Below are positions 47,549-57,937 of a DNA stretch of 64,000 nucleotides, in pieces. The notes beneath the pieces were generated by a model. It ran no database searches. It saw only the letters and a list, made by a program, of their open reading frames with translations, and was not told the origin of the DNA. Position numbers and translations under genes: made by a program. This DNA is from an uncultured bacterium (GTDB taxonomy: Bacteria > Zixibacteria > MSB-5A5 > GN15 > FEB-12), in the NCBI GenBank assembly GCA_965372795.1, contig CBDVDR010000005.1, positions 64,001 through 128,000 of the forward strand, read 5' to 3'. The number at the start of each line of letters is the position of its first letter. Position 1 is the stretch's first letter.

Positions 47549-48688
47549 TTACCTCAAAAAATAAATTAACAATCCTGGTATCGTAAAAAATATTATCAAT
47601 ACATATAATATCGGAAATAACTTTGATCTTTGAGTTAGTTCGGCTATTTGCTTTCCCATCCACATCGGGATTTTCTTTAAAGGCCAAAATATCATTATAC
47701 CATAGACATTAAACAAAAGATGCGCAAAAGCGACACTTACCGCCTCTGGAGAACCTATTACAAACGAAGCTAAGAACGCCGTGATAGTTGTACCTATATT
47801 GGCGCCTAGTAAATAAGGGTATATTTGTACAAGGGTAATTACACCGGCTCCAATCAAAGGCACTACCATCGAAGTTGTAATGGATGAAGACTGAACCATA
47901 GTTGTTATCCCAATACCAAGAATGAAACTTAATATAGGAGTGCGGAAAATATATCGCTGGAAGAATTTTTCTACTCTGGAAATGACCAGTGATTTTAACA
48001 CTCTTACAATATAGGTTAAGGCAAAAATTAAAAAGATAAAGGCAATCATAACCCCTATCCAGGCAACATCGCCAGTAGAATGTAAAATCCATTTTGCAAC
48101 CGGTTTTGTTATTGCCTTTAATGGTGAACTAAATGTTAATCCCCCAAACCCGACAAATATCTTCTCCATAAACCGCGCGGAATGACCTATTACATTGAAG
48201 TAAATTTGCAGCGGCATAATTACTATTACAGCACAGAGATTGAAGTTATCATGAAGAAGTGATCCCTGGAATGCTCGTTTAAACTCATCACTCCTTGATA
48301 TATGTCCCAACGAAACAATAATATTAGTCACCGAGGTGCCAATGTTCGCCCCCATTACCATCGGTATCGCAGCTTCAAAAGTTAACCCTGTCCCTGTTGC
48401 TGATCCGGCTGCAACCAACCCGACAATTAATGATGTAGTCGTTGAGGAGGATTGAATAATTGCCGTAGCAAGAATTCCGATCATCAGCCCTACAATTGGA
48501 TTAGAGGTTGTTTGGAAAATTGCTTTTGCAAAGTCTTCCCCAAACAACTTGAATGACCCCCCTAAGAGGGTAATCGAAAGAATAAATAGATAGATGAGAA
48601 AAAATAGAAAAAGAATTTTCAAAAAAATCAAAGAGCGGCTGTTAGATCCATCTGGTAAATTAGGACCTAACGCTGTTGAGTCACTCAT
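47549..48688 (-). CDS. Na+/phosphate cotransporter (NptA/SLC34-like)
   Basis: Two QSSS repeats (IIQSSSTTTS, VQSSSITTS) and GANIGT twice. Confidence 0.93.
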   Translation of the reverse strand: MSDSTALGPNLPDGSNSRSLIFLKILFLFFLIYLFILSITLLGGSFKLFGEDFAKAIFQTTSNPIVGLMIGILATAIIQSSSTTTSLIVGLVAAGSATGTGLTFEAAIPMVMGANIGTSVTNIIVSLGHISRSDEFKRAFQGSLLHDNFNLCAVIVIMPLQIYFNVIGHSARFMEKIFVGFGGLTFSSPLKAITKPVAKWILHSTGDVAWIGVMIAFIFLIFALTYIVRVLKSLVISRVEKFFQRYIFRTPILSFILGIGITTMVQSSSITTSMVVPLIGAGVITLVQIYPYLLGANIGTTITAFLASFVIGSPEAVSVAFAHLLFNVYGIMIFWPLKKIPMWMGKQIAELTQRSKLFPILYVLIIFFTIPGLLIYFLR

Positions 48689-48829
48689 TTATTTTTATTC
48701 CTTTAACTTAAATTTGCCCATTTTTTGGGGGTTATATACGCTAACCAAAAAGATTGTCAAGTTAAATGAACAATAAAAATAAATAAATTCTTATTAGTTT
48801 TCAAGCTATTGTAATTAAACAACTTTCGT

Positions 48830-51586
48830 TTATAATTTACCGGCTGAAGTCAATATATAAGCATCCGTTTTGAAATATTTAGACATGATTTGTCTAATTT
48901 TATTATTATCTACTTCAGAAAGATTTTTTATAAACAGAGGATCGTTCTTATATCCTTTTCCATAAAATTCATCAAGACATAAGTAATAAGCCTGATTGAT
49001 GTTTGATAATTTTGCGCTCATCTGTCTACCCCAAAGCTGATTACGGGCGCGATCAATTTCTTCCTGAGTTGGTCCATCAAATTTTAATTTATCAATTTGC
49101 AGAAGGATGCCATCAAGAGCTTCCTGATAATTTTCAAATCCGGTTCCAATCGAGCAATAGTACCATCCGAAATCACGATCAAATCTTGATCCTGCTCCAA
49201 CAGAATAAGCCAGCCCCTGTTTTTCTCTAAGATTAAGATAAAGGCGGCTTGATAAAATAGAAGTAGTCACAGCCAGTGTTGCTGATTCATCACTGTTCGC
49301 ACCGGGTAAATTTCCTCCTAAGAAGATAGTGATTTGTTCCTTATCAAGTTCGGCATGTTCATTTTTTATTTCAAAAATTGGTTTTGGAATTGAAGGGGTT
49401 TTTGATTCAAAGCCGGCAGAGTTTAAACGCCCGAAACTACCATTGATCCAGTTCATCACTTCATCGGTGGATTTATTAGATACAATCGATATAATCATAT
49501 TTTCCGGTGAATAGAAATCGGCATGATGTTTTTTTAAATCATCAACAGTAATCGCCCCAATCGTTCCAGATGACCCCATGACTGGATTTGAAAAAACAGA
49601 GTTATCAAATAAAGATTCGTAGAAAAGTTTACTGGCGACTTTACCCGGGGAATTCAAATTTCGGCCTAATACTCCAAGCATTCCCTGGCGAACATTTTCA
49701 ACTTCATCCGATTCAAAGGCCGGATTAAGAATCATCTCTGTAAACAGATGAAAACCTTTTTTGCCATAATCATCAATTGTTTCGAATTTCATAAATGTAT
49801 AACTACGGCTGGTATAGCGGTCATCATAAGGAATCCAGGGATTGTCATATAATGTTACGTTAGCGCCAATAGAGGCAAGATCACGTGACAATTCGAAGCT
49901 GTTACGGGTTACAGTCCCTTTTTCAACACAACGATTTACAAAATCAGTAATCCCGGCTTTACCATCGGGTTCATTAGCGGTTCTGTTTTTACCAAAAACA
50001 TTCAGAGCAAAAACCCGGCTATCAGGTCGAGACTTTACAATTATTGTTAAACCGTTAGGAAGTACTTCCCGATGGTAATCAGCATTATCAACAATTTCAA
50101 AACTGACCGAATCGGTTGATGGGAAATTTATTTTTTCTTTTTCAGTCAAATTATACTGCGTGAAGTTTACCGTATCAAAATGGGATATTACTTCCTCGGC
50201 AGTTATACCTCTTGGAATGTACCCTTCAGTACCTTCCGGATTAGGCGTAACAACCGTGGCAATATAATTTGGATTATCAAACCATTTTTGAGCTGCATTT
50301 TGACAATTGCTCCAATTAACCGCAGCAATCATATCACCATAATTCTGAATAAACTCCCAGCCCCCGCTCATCATGGTTGGCGCTATCATAAAGCCATAGT
50401 AGTGAAGTTTATCAGAATTATAAATCTCGTTACATTTGGTTGAGACTTTGATCCCTTTAAGAATTTCCTGATCGGCATTATGACGACTGATATTTTTAAC
50501 ATTATTTATAATAGCTTCAACAATAGCATCCCGTTTTGAGACATCATTAGCAATGGCATATATTTCTAACCGTGAGAATTCTTCATAAGTACTAAGTCCA
50601 ACCCCGGCTTCGATAGCCAGCGGATCGGCGCCATCTTTTAATATTTTCATCAATGGTGAAACATCATCCATTCCCAGATAAGATGCCAGAAGGTCAACAG
50701 CTATATAATCAGAGTCTGAAATATGAGGCGCATCAAAACTAAAATTAACATAAGTAGATTTTACGTCTGCGGTAGTATCAATTAATTGCTGTCCCTTGAG
50801 AGAGTAGTCAACCGAGGCCGGTTCAATCGGCTCAACAGCAGCCATAGTATCGAGGCTTATTGGCTCATCTCTTTTCATCGCACCAAATATCTCAGCAACA
50901 GTCTTTTTCATCTCTTCAGTGTCAAAATCACCAATTACAAGGGCTGTCATATTTTCCGGAGTGTAGGCTGATTTCCAGTATTCCACTATCGCTTCTCTTG
51001 GAATATTTTCAATAAAGGCTTTGAAACCCAAGACCGGGCGGTCATAGGGCGTGCCGGCATATGCGGTTTGGGTAAAGAAATCTTCTGCCGGAGCTCCCGC
51101 AGCGTCTGCAGATCGATTGATCTCTTCGATGACAACTTTTCTCTCTTTGGTTAATTCTTCTTCGGGAATTAACGAATTAAAAAGCATATCCATCTGAATT
51201 GTCATCCCGTAGTCGATATATTGTTTTGGCAAAAGGACCAGATAAGCGGTCAGTTCTTTTCGTGTAAAAGCGTTGAGATATCCGCCTAAATCTCTAATCG
51301 AAAGATCGAGCTCTTCTCTGGTCAGACTGGTTGTTCCGTCAAAAAGAAAATGCTCAAGAAAATGAGTTACCCCATTTTCAAATTTGGATTCATATTTGCT
51401 TCCTGATTTAACAAAAACAATACTGGCAACCATGGGAGAACCGTGTTTTTCTTTGAGAATAATCTCCATTCCATTGTCAAGATGATAGGATTTAGATTCT
51501 TCTGACATGATATTGACAGAAAAAATCAGAAAAATCATGAAAACTATTGCAGAAATTAAGCGGACATTTAACGTCTTGATTATCAT
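48830..51586 (-). CDS. M16 family zinc peptidase (two-module fusion)
   Basis: Signal peptide; HFLEH (HxxEH), NAFT, E..VV.EE; second module lacks ligands but has LREKQGLAY. Confidence 0.93.
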   Translation of the reverse strand: MIIKTLNVRLISAIVFMIFLIFSVNIMSEESKSYHLDNGMEIILKEKHGSPMVASIVFVKSGSKYESKFENGVTHFLEHFLFDGTTSLTREELDLSIRDLGGYLNAFTRKELTAYLVLLPKQYIDYGMTIQMDMLFNSLIPEEELTKERKVVIEEINRSADAAGAPAEDFFTQTAYAGTPYDRPVLGFKAFIENIPREAIVEYWKSAYTPENMTALVIGDFDTEEMKKTVAEIFGAMKRDEPISLDTMAAVEPIEPASVDYSLKGQQLIDTTADVKSTYVNFSFDAPHISDSDYIAVDLLASYLGMDDVSPLMKILKDGADPLAIEAGVGLSTYEEFSRLEIYAIANDVSKRDAIVEAIINNVKNISRHNADQEILKGIKVSTKCNEIYNSDKLHYYGFMIAPTMMSGGWEFIQNYGDMIAAVNWSNCQNAAQKWFDNPNYIATVVTPNPEGTEGYIPRGITAEEVISHFDTVNFTQYNLTEKEKINFPSTDSVSFEIVDNADYHREVLPNGLTIIVKSRPDSRVFALNVFGKNRTANEPDGKAGITDFVNRCVEKGTVTRNSFELSRDLASIGANVTLYDNPWIPYDDRYTSRSYTFMKFETIDDYGKKGFHLFTEMILNPAFESDEVENVRQGMLGVLGRNLNSPGKVASKLFYESLFDNSVFSNPVMGSSGTIGAITVDDLKKHHADFYSPENMIISIVSNKSTDEVMNWINGSFGRLNSAGFESKTPSIPKPIFEIKNEHAELDKEQITIFLGGNLPGANSDESATLAVTTSILSSRLYLNLREKQGLAYSVGAGSRFDRDFGWYYCSIGTGFENYQEALDGILLQIDKLKFDGPTQEEIDRARNQLWGRQMSAKLSNINQAYYLCLDEFYGKGYKNDPLFIKNLSEVDNNKIRQIMSKYFKTDAYILTSAGKL

Positions 51587-51694
51587 AGTTTTATCCTTTT
51601 CGTTTATTAATAATTATGAAAATTTCCCGAAATATATTGTATGGGTACAATATTAAATGCAATTAATAATGTCAACGATTGAAGGGAATTTGAA

Positions 51695-51722
51695 TTGACT
51701 TATCTCGATATTAGCCTATATT
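51695..51722 (+). promoter_or_regulatory. Putative sigma-70 promoter for leader-secD-secF
   Basis: TTGACT-N16-TATATT. Confidence 0.55.
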
Positions 51723-51744
51723 CAAAAGCCGAAGAAAGCCTGTA

Positions 51745-52185
51745 ATGAAAATAGTAATTTTAAAAAATTCAACCCTGGTACAGAAATCAATTTCTGTAAT
51801 TATCCTACTGGCCCTGGTTATATCCGGGACCGGAACCGGTTTTCTGCAATACTTACAGGACGACAACAAATTTCTGATTAAAGAAGTTTATTCAGAATAT
51901 TCTGTATTTGACATTTCCGATCTTTCTGATGATTCTCCGAATCGGATGTCAACCGATGGCATTCCCCCCGCAAGTAATTATGCTTATATCGTACCTCTTG
52001 TAAATTTCCAAACCAGCAACGGGTACAATAAATATCAATATTTGAAAAGTACGGCGTTAAAAATTGATAGCCGTATTGGTCATTCGTTTGAGAAATCGAC
52101 AGCCCAAACATCATCCTCCCTTGTATCTGCAAAAATTGGGAAAATGTTTACACTTGTCGGTGCCAAGCCCTCTGGCACAAGCTAA
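51745..52185 (+). CDS. Hypothetical exported protein; candidate secretion-monitor/arrest leader of secDF
   Basis: 146-aa ORF with N-terminal hydrophobic segment, co-oriented 71 nt upstream of secD. Confidence 0.65.
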   Translation: MKIVILKNSTLVQKSISVIILLALVISGTGTGFLQYLQDDNKFLIKEVYSEYSVFDISDLSDDSPNRMSTDGIPPASNYAYIVPLVNFQTSNGYNKYQYLKSTALKIDSRIGHSFEKSTAQTSSSLVSAKIGKMFTLVGAKPSGTS

Positions 52186-52256
52186 CAGTTTTACTTTAGC
52201 TTCTTTTATTTTATAAAATCAATATTACATAATAATATATTTGGAAAGGGATTTTT

Positions 52257-53966
52257 ATGTCCAAACAAAATTGGCGGATTATTCTTACTAGTGCTCTTCT
52301 CATATTAGCAGTAGTAGCTTTTTGGAACACATTAAAATTGTGGACAATGAGTGAAGAAGATCGTATCGCCATGCAGGAAGCCGATCCGGGTGCTCTGCTT
52401 CATCTACAGCAGAAAGCAATTCGTCTGGGACTCGATTTACAAGGTGGTATTCACGTTGTGTTACGAGTTAAAATGGAAGAAATGGATCCCGGCAGCCGTG
52501 AAGGTGCGGTTGAGCGGGCTATTCAGGTTATCCGAAACCGTATTGATGGTTTGGGAGTTGCGGAACCGGTAATTCAAAAACAGGGTAATGACCGAATCAT
52601 TATTGATCTTCCCGGTTATACCGACGCCGAACGCGCTGAGGACCTTATCGGTCAAACAGCCCTTCTGCAATTTAAACTCATGGAATCATCTGAAAACTCT
52701 TCATTGATTCTTAGCAAAATCGATGTGATAGTTTCTGAATATTTGAGAGCTAATAAACCGGCTTCAGAAAAAACTGAAGAACCTTCAGAAACTGTTGAAG
52801 AATCATTCGTTGACAATAGTGATATTCTTGCAGAATTGATGGGTGACTCGGTTGCTGATACAACCGGTAAATATGATTTTGATGAATCCATATCTTTTGA
52901 TGAGGAAGTTAATCCGCTTGGGACTCGTCTGGAAATAGCTATGGCTTCACAACGTACCGGAGTAAGCTGGCCCGGTTACATTGTTAAAAAACAGGATAAA
53001 GAATTAATAAATAAATGGTTGAATCTCCCGGAAGTAAAAAGAGTTATACCGGAAGATGTTATGTTTAGCTGGTCAACCCGTCCGGAGATCAGAAACAACC
53101 GCGAAGTATATTTTTTATATCTGATAAAAAGAAAAGTACAATTTTTGGGTAAATTCCTTGAGAATATCTCTCTTGGTCAGGATTCCTATGGTGGATATAC
53201 GGTTGATTTTGCTCTTTCCGGAGAAGGTGCGGCTCGCTTTGCTCAGCTTACCGGAGCCAATATTGATAAACCTCTGGTAATTGTAATTGATGATAGAGTT
53301 GAATCAGCTCCTTTTATCAATTCAAAAATTCGTAAACGCGGTCAGATTACAATGGGATCATCAGCTGGTATAAAAGATGCCCGTAATCTTGAAATCGTTT
53401 TAAAGGCTGGTGCTCTTCCTGCTCCGGTTGAAATTATTGAAAAGAATGTTGTTGGTGCATCACTAGGTGCCGATTCTATTCGTAAAGGTTTTTATGCTTC
53501 CCTGATCGGACTTGGATTAGTGCTGCTTTACATTGGAATATATTATCGTCTTTCCGGCTTTATTGCCGACATCGGACTGATTTTCAATATTTTCTTCCTT
53601 CTTTCAATTATGGCAGGTTTAGGGGCAACCTTAACAATGCCTGGAATTGCAGGTATTATTCTAACCATTGGTATCTCGGTTGATGCTAATATTCTGATTT
53701 TTGAACGAATTCGCGAAGAGTTGCGAACCGGTAAAACAGTTCGTGCTTCGATTGATGCCGGTTACAACCGGGCATTTGTGGCAATTTTTGACTCTCATGT
53801 CACGACCTTGATTACCGCCGCTGCCTTGTTCCTTTTAGGATCAGGACCGATTAAAGGTTTTGCTGTCACATTATTCTGGGGTGTTACAATTTCATTGTAT
53901 ACTGCTTATGTTATCACCCGTCAGATATTTGAACTTCGCAAAGGTTATCGTTCACTTAGCATATAA
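52257..53966 (+). CDS. secD: Protein translocase subunit SecD
   Basis: LGLDLQGG, IRNRID.LGVAEP, LKAGALPAP, VGASLG.DSI, TLTMPGIAG, VDANILIFERIREE. Confidence 0.98.
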   Translation: MSKQNWRIILTSALLILAVVAFWNTLKLWTMSEEDRIAMQEADPGALLHLQQKAIRLGLDLQGGIHVVLRVKMEEMDPGSREGAVERAIQVIRNRIDGLGVAEPVIQKQGNDRIIIDLPGYTDAERAEDLIGQTALLQFKLMESSENSSLILSKIDVIVSEYLRANKPASEKTEEPSETVEESFVDNSDILAELMGDSVADTTGKYDFDESISFDEEVNPLGTRLEIAMASQRTGVSWPGYIVKKQDKELINKWLNLPEVKRVIPEDVMFSWSTRPEIRNNREVYFLYLIKRKVQFLGKFLENISLGQDSYGGYTVDFALSGEGAARFAQLTGANIDKPLVIVIDDRVESAPFINSKIRKRGQITMGSSAGIKDARNLEIVLKAGALPAPVEIIEKNVVGASLGADSIRKGFYASLIGLGLVLLYIGIYYRLSGFIADIGLIFNIFFLLSIMAGLGATLTMPGIAGIILTIGISVDANILIFERIREELRTGKTVRASIDAGYNRAFVAIFDSHVTTLITAAALFLLGSGPIKGFAVTLFWGVTISLYTAYVITRQIFELRKGYRSLSI

Positions 53967-53985
53967 CAAAAGAGGATTATAAATT

Positions 53986-54915
53986 ATGTTTAGAATAATT
54001 GGAGATACAAATATTGATTTCATTGGCCTGCGCAAGTATGCTTTTATGATCTCATTGGTATTGGTATCATTGGGGATTTTTTCCTTTATCATGATATCTA
54101 CCGGTAAAGCGAATATGGGTATCGACTTCGCTGGTGGAGTCATGCTCAAAGGATATTTCAACGATGAAGTTACAATCGAGAATCTTCGATCCTCGGTTGG
54201 AAGTGCTTTTCCAGACGCACAAATAACTCAGATGGAGGGATTTGAACTATCCCCATACGCTTTTATTATGAAAATTAAGCGTCCTGAGACTGAATCTGAA
54301 GGAAAAGAAAAAGTCACTGAACTTAAGGCTCTTATTGCAGCCAATTTCCCTGGAAATAATTTTGAAGTTGTTTCAGAACATATTATCGGACCGGCAGTCG
54401 GTGAAACCCTTCGGAATGATGCTCAAAAAGCAATTATGCTTTCTTTGTTCGGTATAATTGTCTATATCTGGATTCGCTTTGACTTCAGAAGTGGTATTGC
54501 GGCCACAATCGCAACCTTCCATGATGTACTGGCAGTAATGGGAATATTCTATATCCTGGGATTTGAATATGACCTTTTAGTTGTTACCGCCTTGCTCACT
54601 CTTGCGGGATATTCACTAACGGATACGGTGGTTGTCTTTGATCGTATTCGTGAGAATCTGAAAAAACACCGCACCAAAGGTGAGTTTGCCGGAGCTGTCA
54701 ACACTTCTATCAACGAAGTTCTTTCAAGAACTATTAATACTTCAATCACAGTTCTCTTTGTGGTTGGAACCCTTTATCTCATCGGTGGTGATGTTCTTAA
54801 AGGTTTCTCGCTGGCATTGATTCTTGGAGTTATAATCGGAACTTATAGTTCAATTTTTGTTGCAAGTCCGATTGTTGTTGAATGGGAAGCCCGTCGACCG
54901 GTGCGTTTTAAATAA
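53986..54915 (+). CDS. secF: Protein translocase subunit SecF
   Basis: GIDFAGG, IGP.VG..L, HD, GYSL.DTVVVFDRIRE, GTYSSIFVASP. Confidence 0.98.
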   Translation: MFRIIGDTNIDFIGLRKYAFMISLVLVSLGIFSFIMISTGKANMGIDFAGGVMLKGYFNDEVTIENLRSSVGSAFPDAQITQMEGFELSPYAFIMKIKRPETESEGKEKVTELKALIAANFPGNNFEVVSEHIIGPAVGETLRNDAQKAIMLSLFGIIVYIWIRFDFRSGIAATIATFHDVLAVMGIFYILGFEYDLLVVTALLTLAGYSLTDTVVVFDRIRENLKKHRTKGEFAGAVNTSINEVLSRTINTSITVLFVVGTLYLIGGDVLKGFSLALILGVIIGTYSSIFVASPIVVEWEARRPVRFK

Positions 54916-54942
54916 GAAATATTCATTTCTTATATCAAATTG

Positions 54943-54976
54943 AAAACCGGAGGATATTTTTTCTCCGGTTTTTTTA
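54943..54976 (+). terminator. Intrinsic terminator after secF
   Basis: AAAACCGGAG…CTCCGGTTTT plus T run. Confidence 0.85.
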
Positions 54977-55043
54977 TCTTTCTTGATTATTTTCAATTAA
55001 CAGTATAAGATACTCCGTAATATTAAGATATGAGGTATATAAT

Positions 55044-56873
55044 ATGATCGCATCTTTGCTGTTACTTTCATTTTTATCAACTGTGGATTCAACCGAGATA
55101 ACCCAAACCTCAGTTGAACTGGATCCAATAATTGTAACAGCCAAAAGAGAACCAACCCGATTGTCAAAAATTGTAAATTCGGCTATTTTAATTTCACATA
55201 AACAGATATCCAATATACCCGATGAAAATATTTTATCGGTCTTTGATAAATATAACAGTTCTATTATGATAACTTCCAATGCTAACGGAGGTTATGGCTT
55301 AGGTACTCGCGGACAGGGGAAAATCATGATTCGCGGGATGGGTTTTTCACCAAATCGGGGGGTGTTGGTTTTAACTGACGGACGACCGGATATTGCCGGA
55401 CTTTTTGGTCACCCTCTCCCTGACACCTATCGTAAGCCGGGCATCTATTCAGCTGAACTAATCAAAGGTGCCGCTTCAACTCTTTATGGTTCCAACGCTG
55501 TTGGCGGAGTAATTGAGCTGACTTCGTTTTATCGACCTGATATTGACAAATTTGCAAAAGTTGAATTAACCAGTGGAAGTTTTGATACCTTTGACGGGAA
55601 CATCCAATACTCCCAAAAACATGGTGACTATATCACCGCCGGCTGGTATGATTATGAGCAAACCGATAACCAGCGAATTAATAATGAATATCTTAATCGT
55701 TCCGGTGGTGTACGGATACAATTTCCTTCTTATAATGGTTATGATTTTTTCTTTGCTGGAAAACTAAGTTCTTATGAATTCACAGATCCGGGACCTGATT
55801 ATAACTTGTCACCGTTTTCAGGCGATATTCTTCGCAGTGGCGCAACTATCGGCATTGATAAATCGACTACAAATTATTCTTTGTCTTTAAGGACATTTAA
55901 TAATTATGGCGAACACCAATTCTCTGATGGTTTTAATTCGATTGACCGATTAAACGGTTTGGATATTTTTGGACGCTTAAAAAATATCAGCCAATCGGGT
56001 CTTAATCTTTCTGGTGGTCTTTCGGTGAATCGTTTGAGTGGATCGGCTTCCAACGGCACGCCTTTTATAAATGGCGGTTCATTTCATGAGGATGAATATT
56101 CAGCTCAAATGCAATCTGATTATCAGTTAAACGAAGGGCTGAATTTTTCTGTCTCCGGAAGATTTATAAATCATTCAGAATATTCTTCTCATTTTGTTTA
56201 TAACGGAGGGATCGTTTACTCGCCTAAAAATATAGGATCATTCAAACTTTCTGCCGGGACATCTTATCGTAATCCGACAATTAACGAGGCTCAGTTATTC
56301 TTAATCTCTAACAGTGATTCGTTGAAACCGGAAGAAGGACAATATTATGAGTTTGGTTATTTTAATAAAATAAATTCTGAGCTTTCAGTTGAATCGGCTG
56401 TTTTTTATATGGAAGGTAACAACCTGATCCAGACTGTTTTCAACCCGGCTCCTCCTCCCCCGGCTTACTTTGCCAACAGCGGCTCATATTCTCAATCCGG
56501 CTGGGAAATGGGCATTGTCTATTCAAAAAATATTTATACTGTAAATTCATCATTCAGCCATTTGAATCTATCTGATTATAATTCATCGGTCCCTGAGGAT
56601 CGGATCAATATCAATCTGTCAGCCGCTAACCAAAAATTTTCAGCCCATTTATCAGTTATCGCTGCATTTAAAACTCATTCGGATTCAGCGGGTACCCTTG
56701 TTATTCTCGATGATTATACAATTGCCAATTTTGATGTCTCTTACAACTTAGGTGAGATTGTGAATTTGAAGCTGTTGGTAAAAAATATTTTCGACAACGA
56801 TTATCAGCAGATCCATGGTTATCCAATGGCAGGAATAAATTTTAGAAGTACGATCTCTTTTATTTTGAAATAA
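55044..56873 (+). CDS. TonB-dependent receptor
   Basis: TonB box IIVTA, plug IRGMG…DGRP…E.IKG.AS.LYGSNA.GGVI, L.PE, NIFD..Y…GYP..G C-terminus. Confidence 0.93.
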   Translation: MIASLLLLSFLSTVDSTEITQTSVELDPIIVTAKREPTRLSKIVNSAILISHKQISNIPDENILSVFDKYNSSIMITSNANGGYGLGTRGQGKIMIRGMGFSPNRGVLVLTDGRPDIAGLFGHPLPDTYRKPGIYSAELIKGAASTLYGSNAVGGVIELTSFYRPDIDKFAKVELTSGSFDTFDGNIQYSQKHGDYITAGWYDYEQTDNQRINNEYLNRSGGVRIQFPSYNGYDFFFAGKLSSYEFTDPGPDYNLSPFSGDILRSGATIGIDKSTTNYSLSLRTFNNYGEHQFSDGFNSIDRLNGLDIFGRLKNISQSGLNLSGGLSVNRLSGSASNGTPFINGGSFHEDEYSAQMQSDYQLNEGLNFSVSGRFINHSEYSSHFVYNGGIVYSPKNIGSFKLSAGTSYRNPTINEAQLFLISNSDSLKPEEGQYYEFGYFNKINSELSVESAVFYMEGNNLIQTVFNPAPPPPAYFANSGSYSQSGWEMGIVYSKNIYTVNSSFSHLNLSDYNSSVPEDRININLSAANQKFSAHLSVIAAFKTHSDSAGTLVILDDYTIANFDVSYNLGEIVNLKLLVKNIFDNDYQQIHGYPMAGINFRSTISFILK

Positions 56874-56956
56874 AATCTCTTAATCATTGTAATTAAATCA
56901 TATTTCTTGTAATTTGTTGTAACAAATTATCTTAATAATTGTCTTTAGTACAAATA

Positions 56957-57475
56957 ATGAATCAATCAGATAAAAAAGACTGGCAGGATTTCTGTAGAGG
57001 GGATCAAAATGCCCTCAACAGAATATATGAAAGGCATAAAGATTCGATGTTTACGTACTGTATTTATCTAAGCAATGACCGCCACTTGAGCGAAGAAATT
57101 ATACAGGACAGTTTTACCAAGCTGATTGAGCAAAAAAATAAAATTCACAAAATTGATTCAATCAAAAACTGGCTGTTTATCTGTTGTCGGAATCTAATGT
57201 TTAACCAATTGAAAAAGATCAAGCAATACAATTCAGAAACATCATCAATTGTAATATCGAACAAAACCGAAACAGATTTTGAGATAAAAGAATTTATAGA
57301 AAAAGTTTTATTCAAGCTAAGCCCTGATGAAAGAGATCTGATCTTACTTAGAGAATATCAAGCTTTCCCCATTAAGGAGATGGCTCAGATGTTGAAGATT
57401 ACCGAGGAATCTGTTCGGGTCAAACTTTTTCGTATCAGAAAGAAGATGCAGTTAATCGGAAAGGCAATATTATGA
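56957..57475 (+). CDS. ECF RNA polymerase sigma factor
   Basis: Region 2 (EEIIQDSF…WLF…RN) and region 4 (L…ER….LR……KEMA.ML…E.SVRV.LFR.RKK). Confidence 0.92.
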   Translation: MNQSDKKDWQDFCRGDQNALNRIYERHKDSMFTYCIYLSNDRHLSEEIIQDSFTKLIEQKNKIHKIDSIKNWLFICCRNLMFNQLKKIKQYNSETSSIVISNKTETDFEIKEFIEKVLFKLSPDERDLILLREYQAFPIKEMAQMLKITEESVRVKLFRIRKKMQLIGKAIL

Positions 57476-57927
57476 ACGATTGCAGATATTTTGAAAAATT
57501 GATCTCTGACCAACTCGACAATGAGTTAGAAAATAATCAAACCCTCGCATTAAACCAGCATCTGAACAGTTGTACTAATTGTCAGGAATTCAAAACTACA
57601 ATTGAAAAAGTCCGTGCAAAAATAAAATTGTTTCCAACTCAAGAGATTAAATCAGTCGATAACATTTCAACTCAAAGTCGAATTGCTATTAATCCCTTTA
57701 AGAAATTATGGTCGTTGAAAATCACTATCCCGTTTCCGGCTGCAGCCTTATTGTTGTTGGTATTATTCAGCTGGAGCTTAACGACATTTTCAATAATCAA
57801 TCAAACAGAGAACGATCAAAAACAGTTAATTGATAAACAGGAAAATATCTCTATAGAATATGTCCAGACTGAACGCCTGAAACCGGTGCAGGCTGTTTCG
57901 TTACCATTAAATCAGTTAAATAAATGA
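57472..57927 (+). CDS. Zinc-finger (ZAS) anti-sigma factor with TM helix
   Basis: C…..IS..LD.EL…HL..C..C; single TM; ATGA overlap with the sigma gene. Confidence 0.9.
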   Translation: MNDCRYFEKLISDQLDNELENNQTLALNQHLNSCTNCQEFKTTIEKVRAKIKLFPTQEIKSVDNISTQSRIAINPFKKLWSLKITIPFPAAALLLLVLFSWSLTTFSIINQTENDQKQLIDKQENISIEYVQTERLKPVQAVSLPLNQLNK

Positions 57928-57937
57928 GGAGAATAAA

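Noticed and set aside
48830..51586. Loss of HxxEH in the second half of the M16 peptidase as pseudogenisation
   Set aside because: An inactive second module contributing the R/Y pair is the normal M16 architecture.
54977..55043. Cobalamin or other riboswitch ahead of the TonB-dependent receptor
   Set aside because: Under 70 nt of AT-rich sequence between the terminator and start; no recognisable conserved elements.
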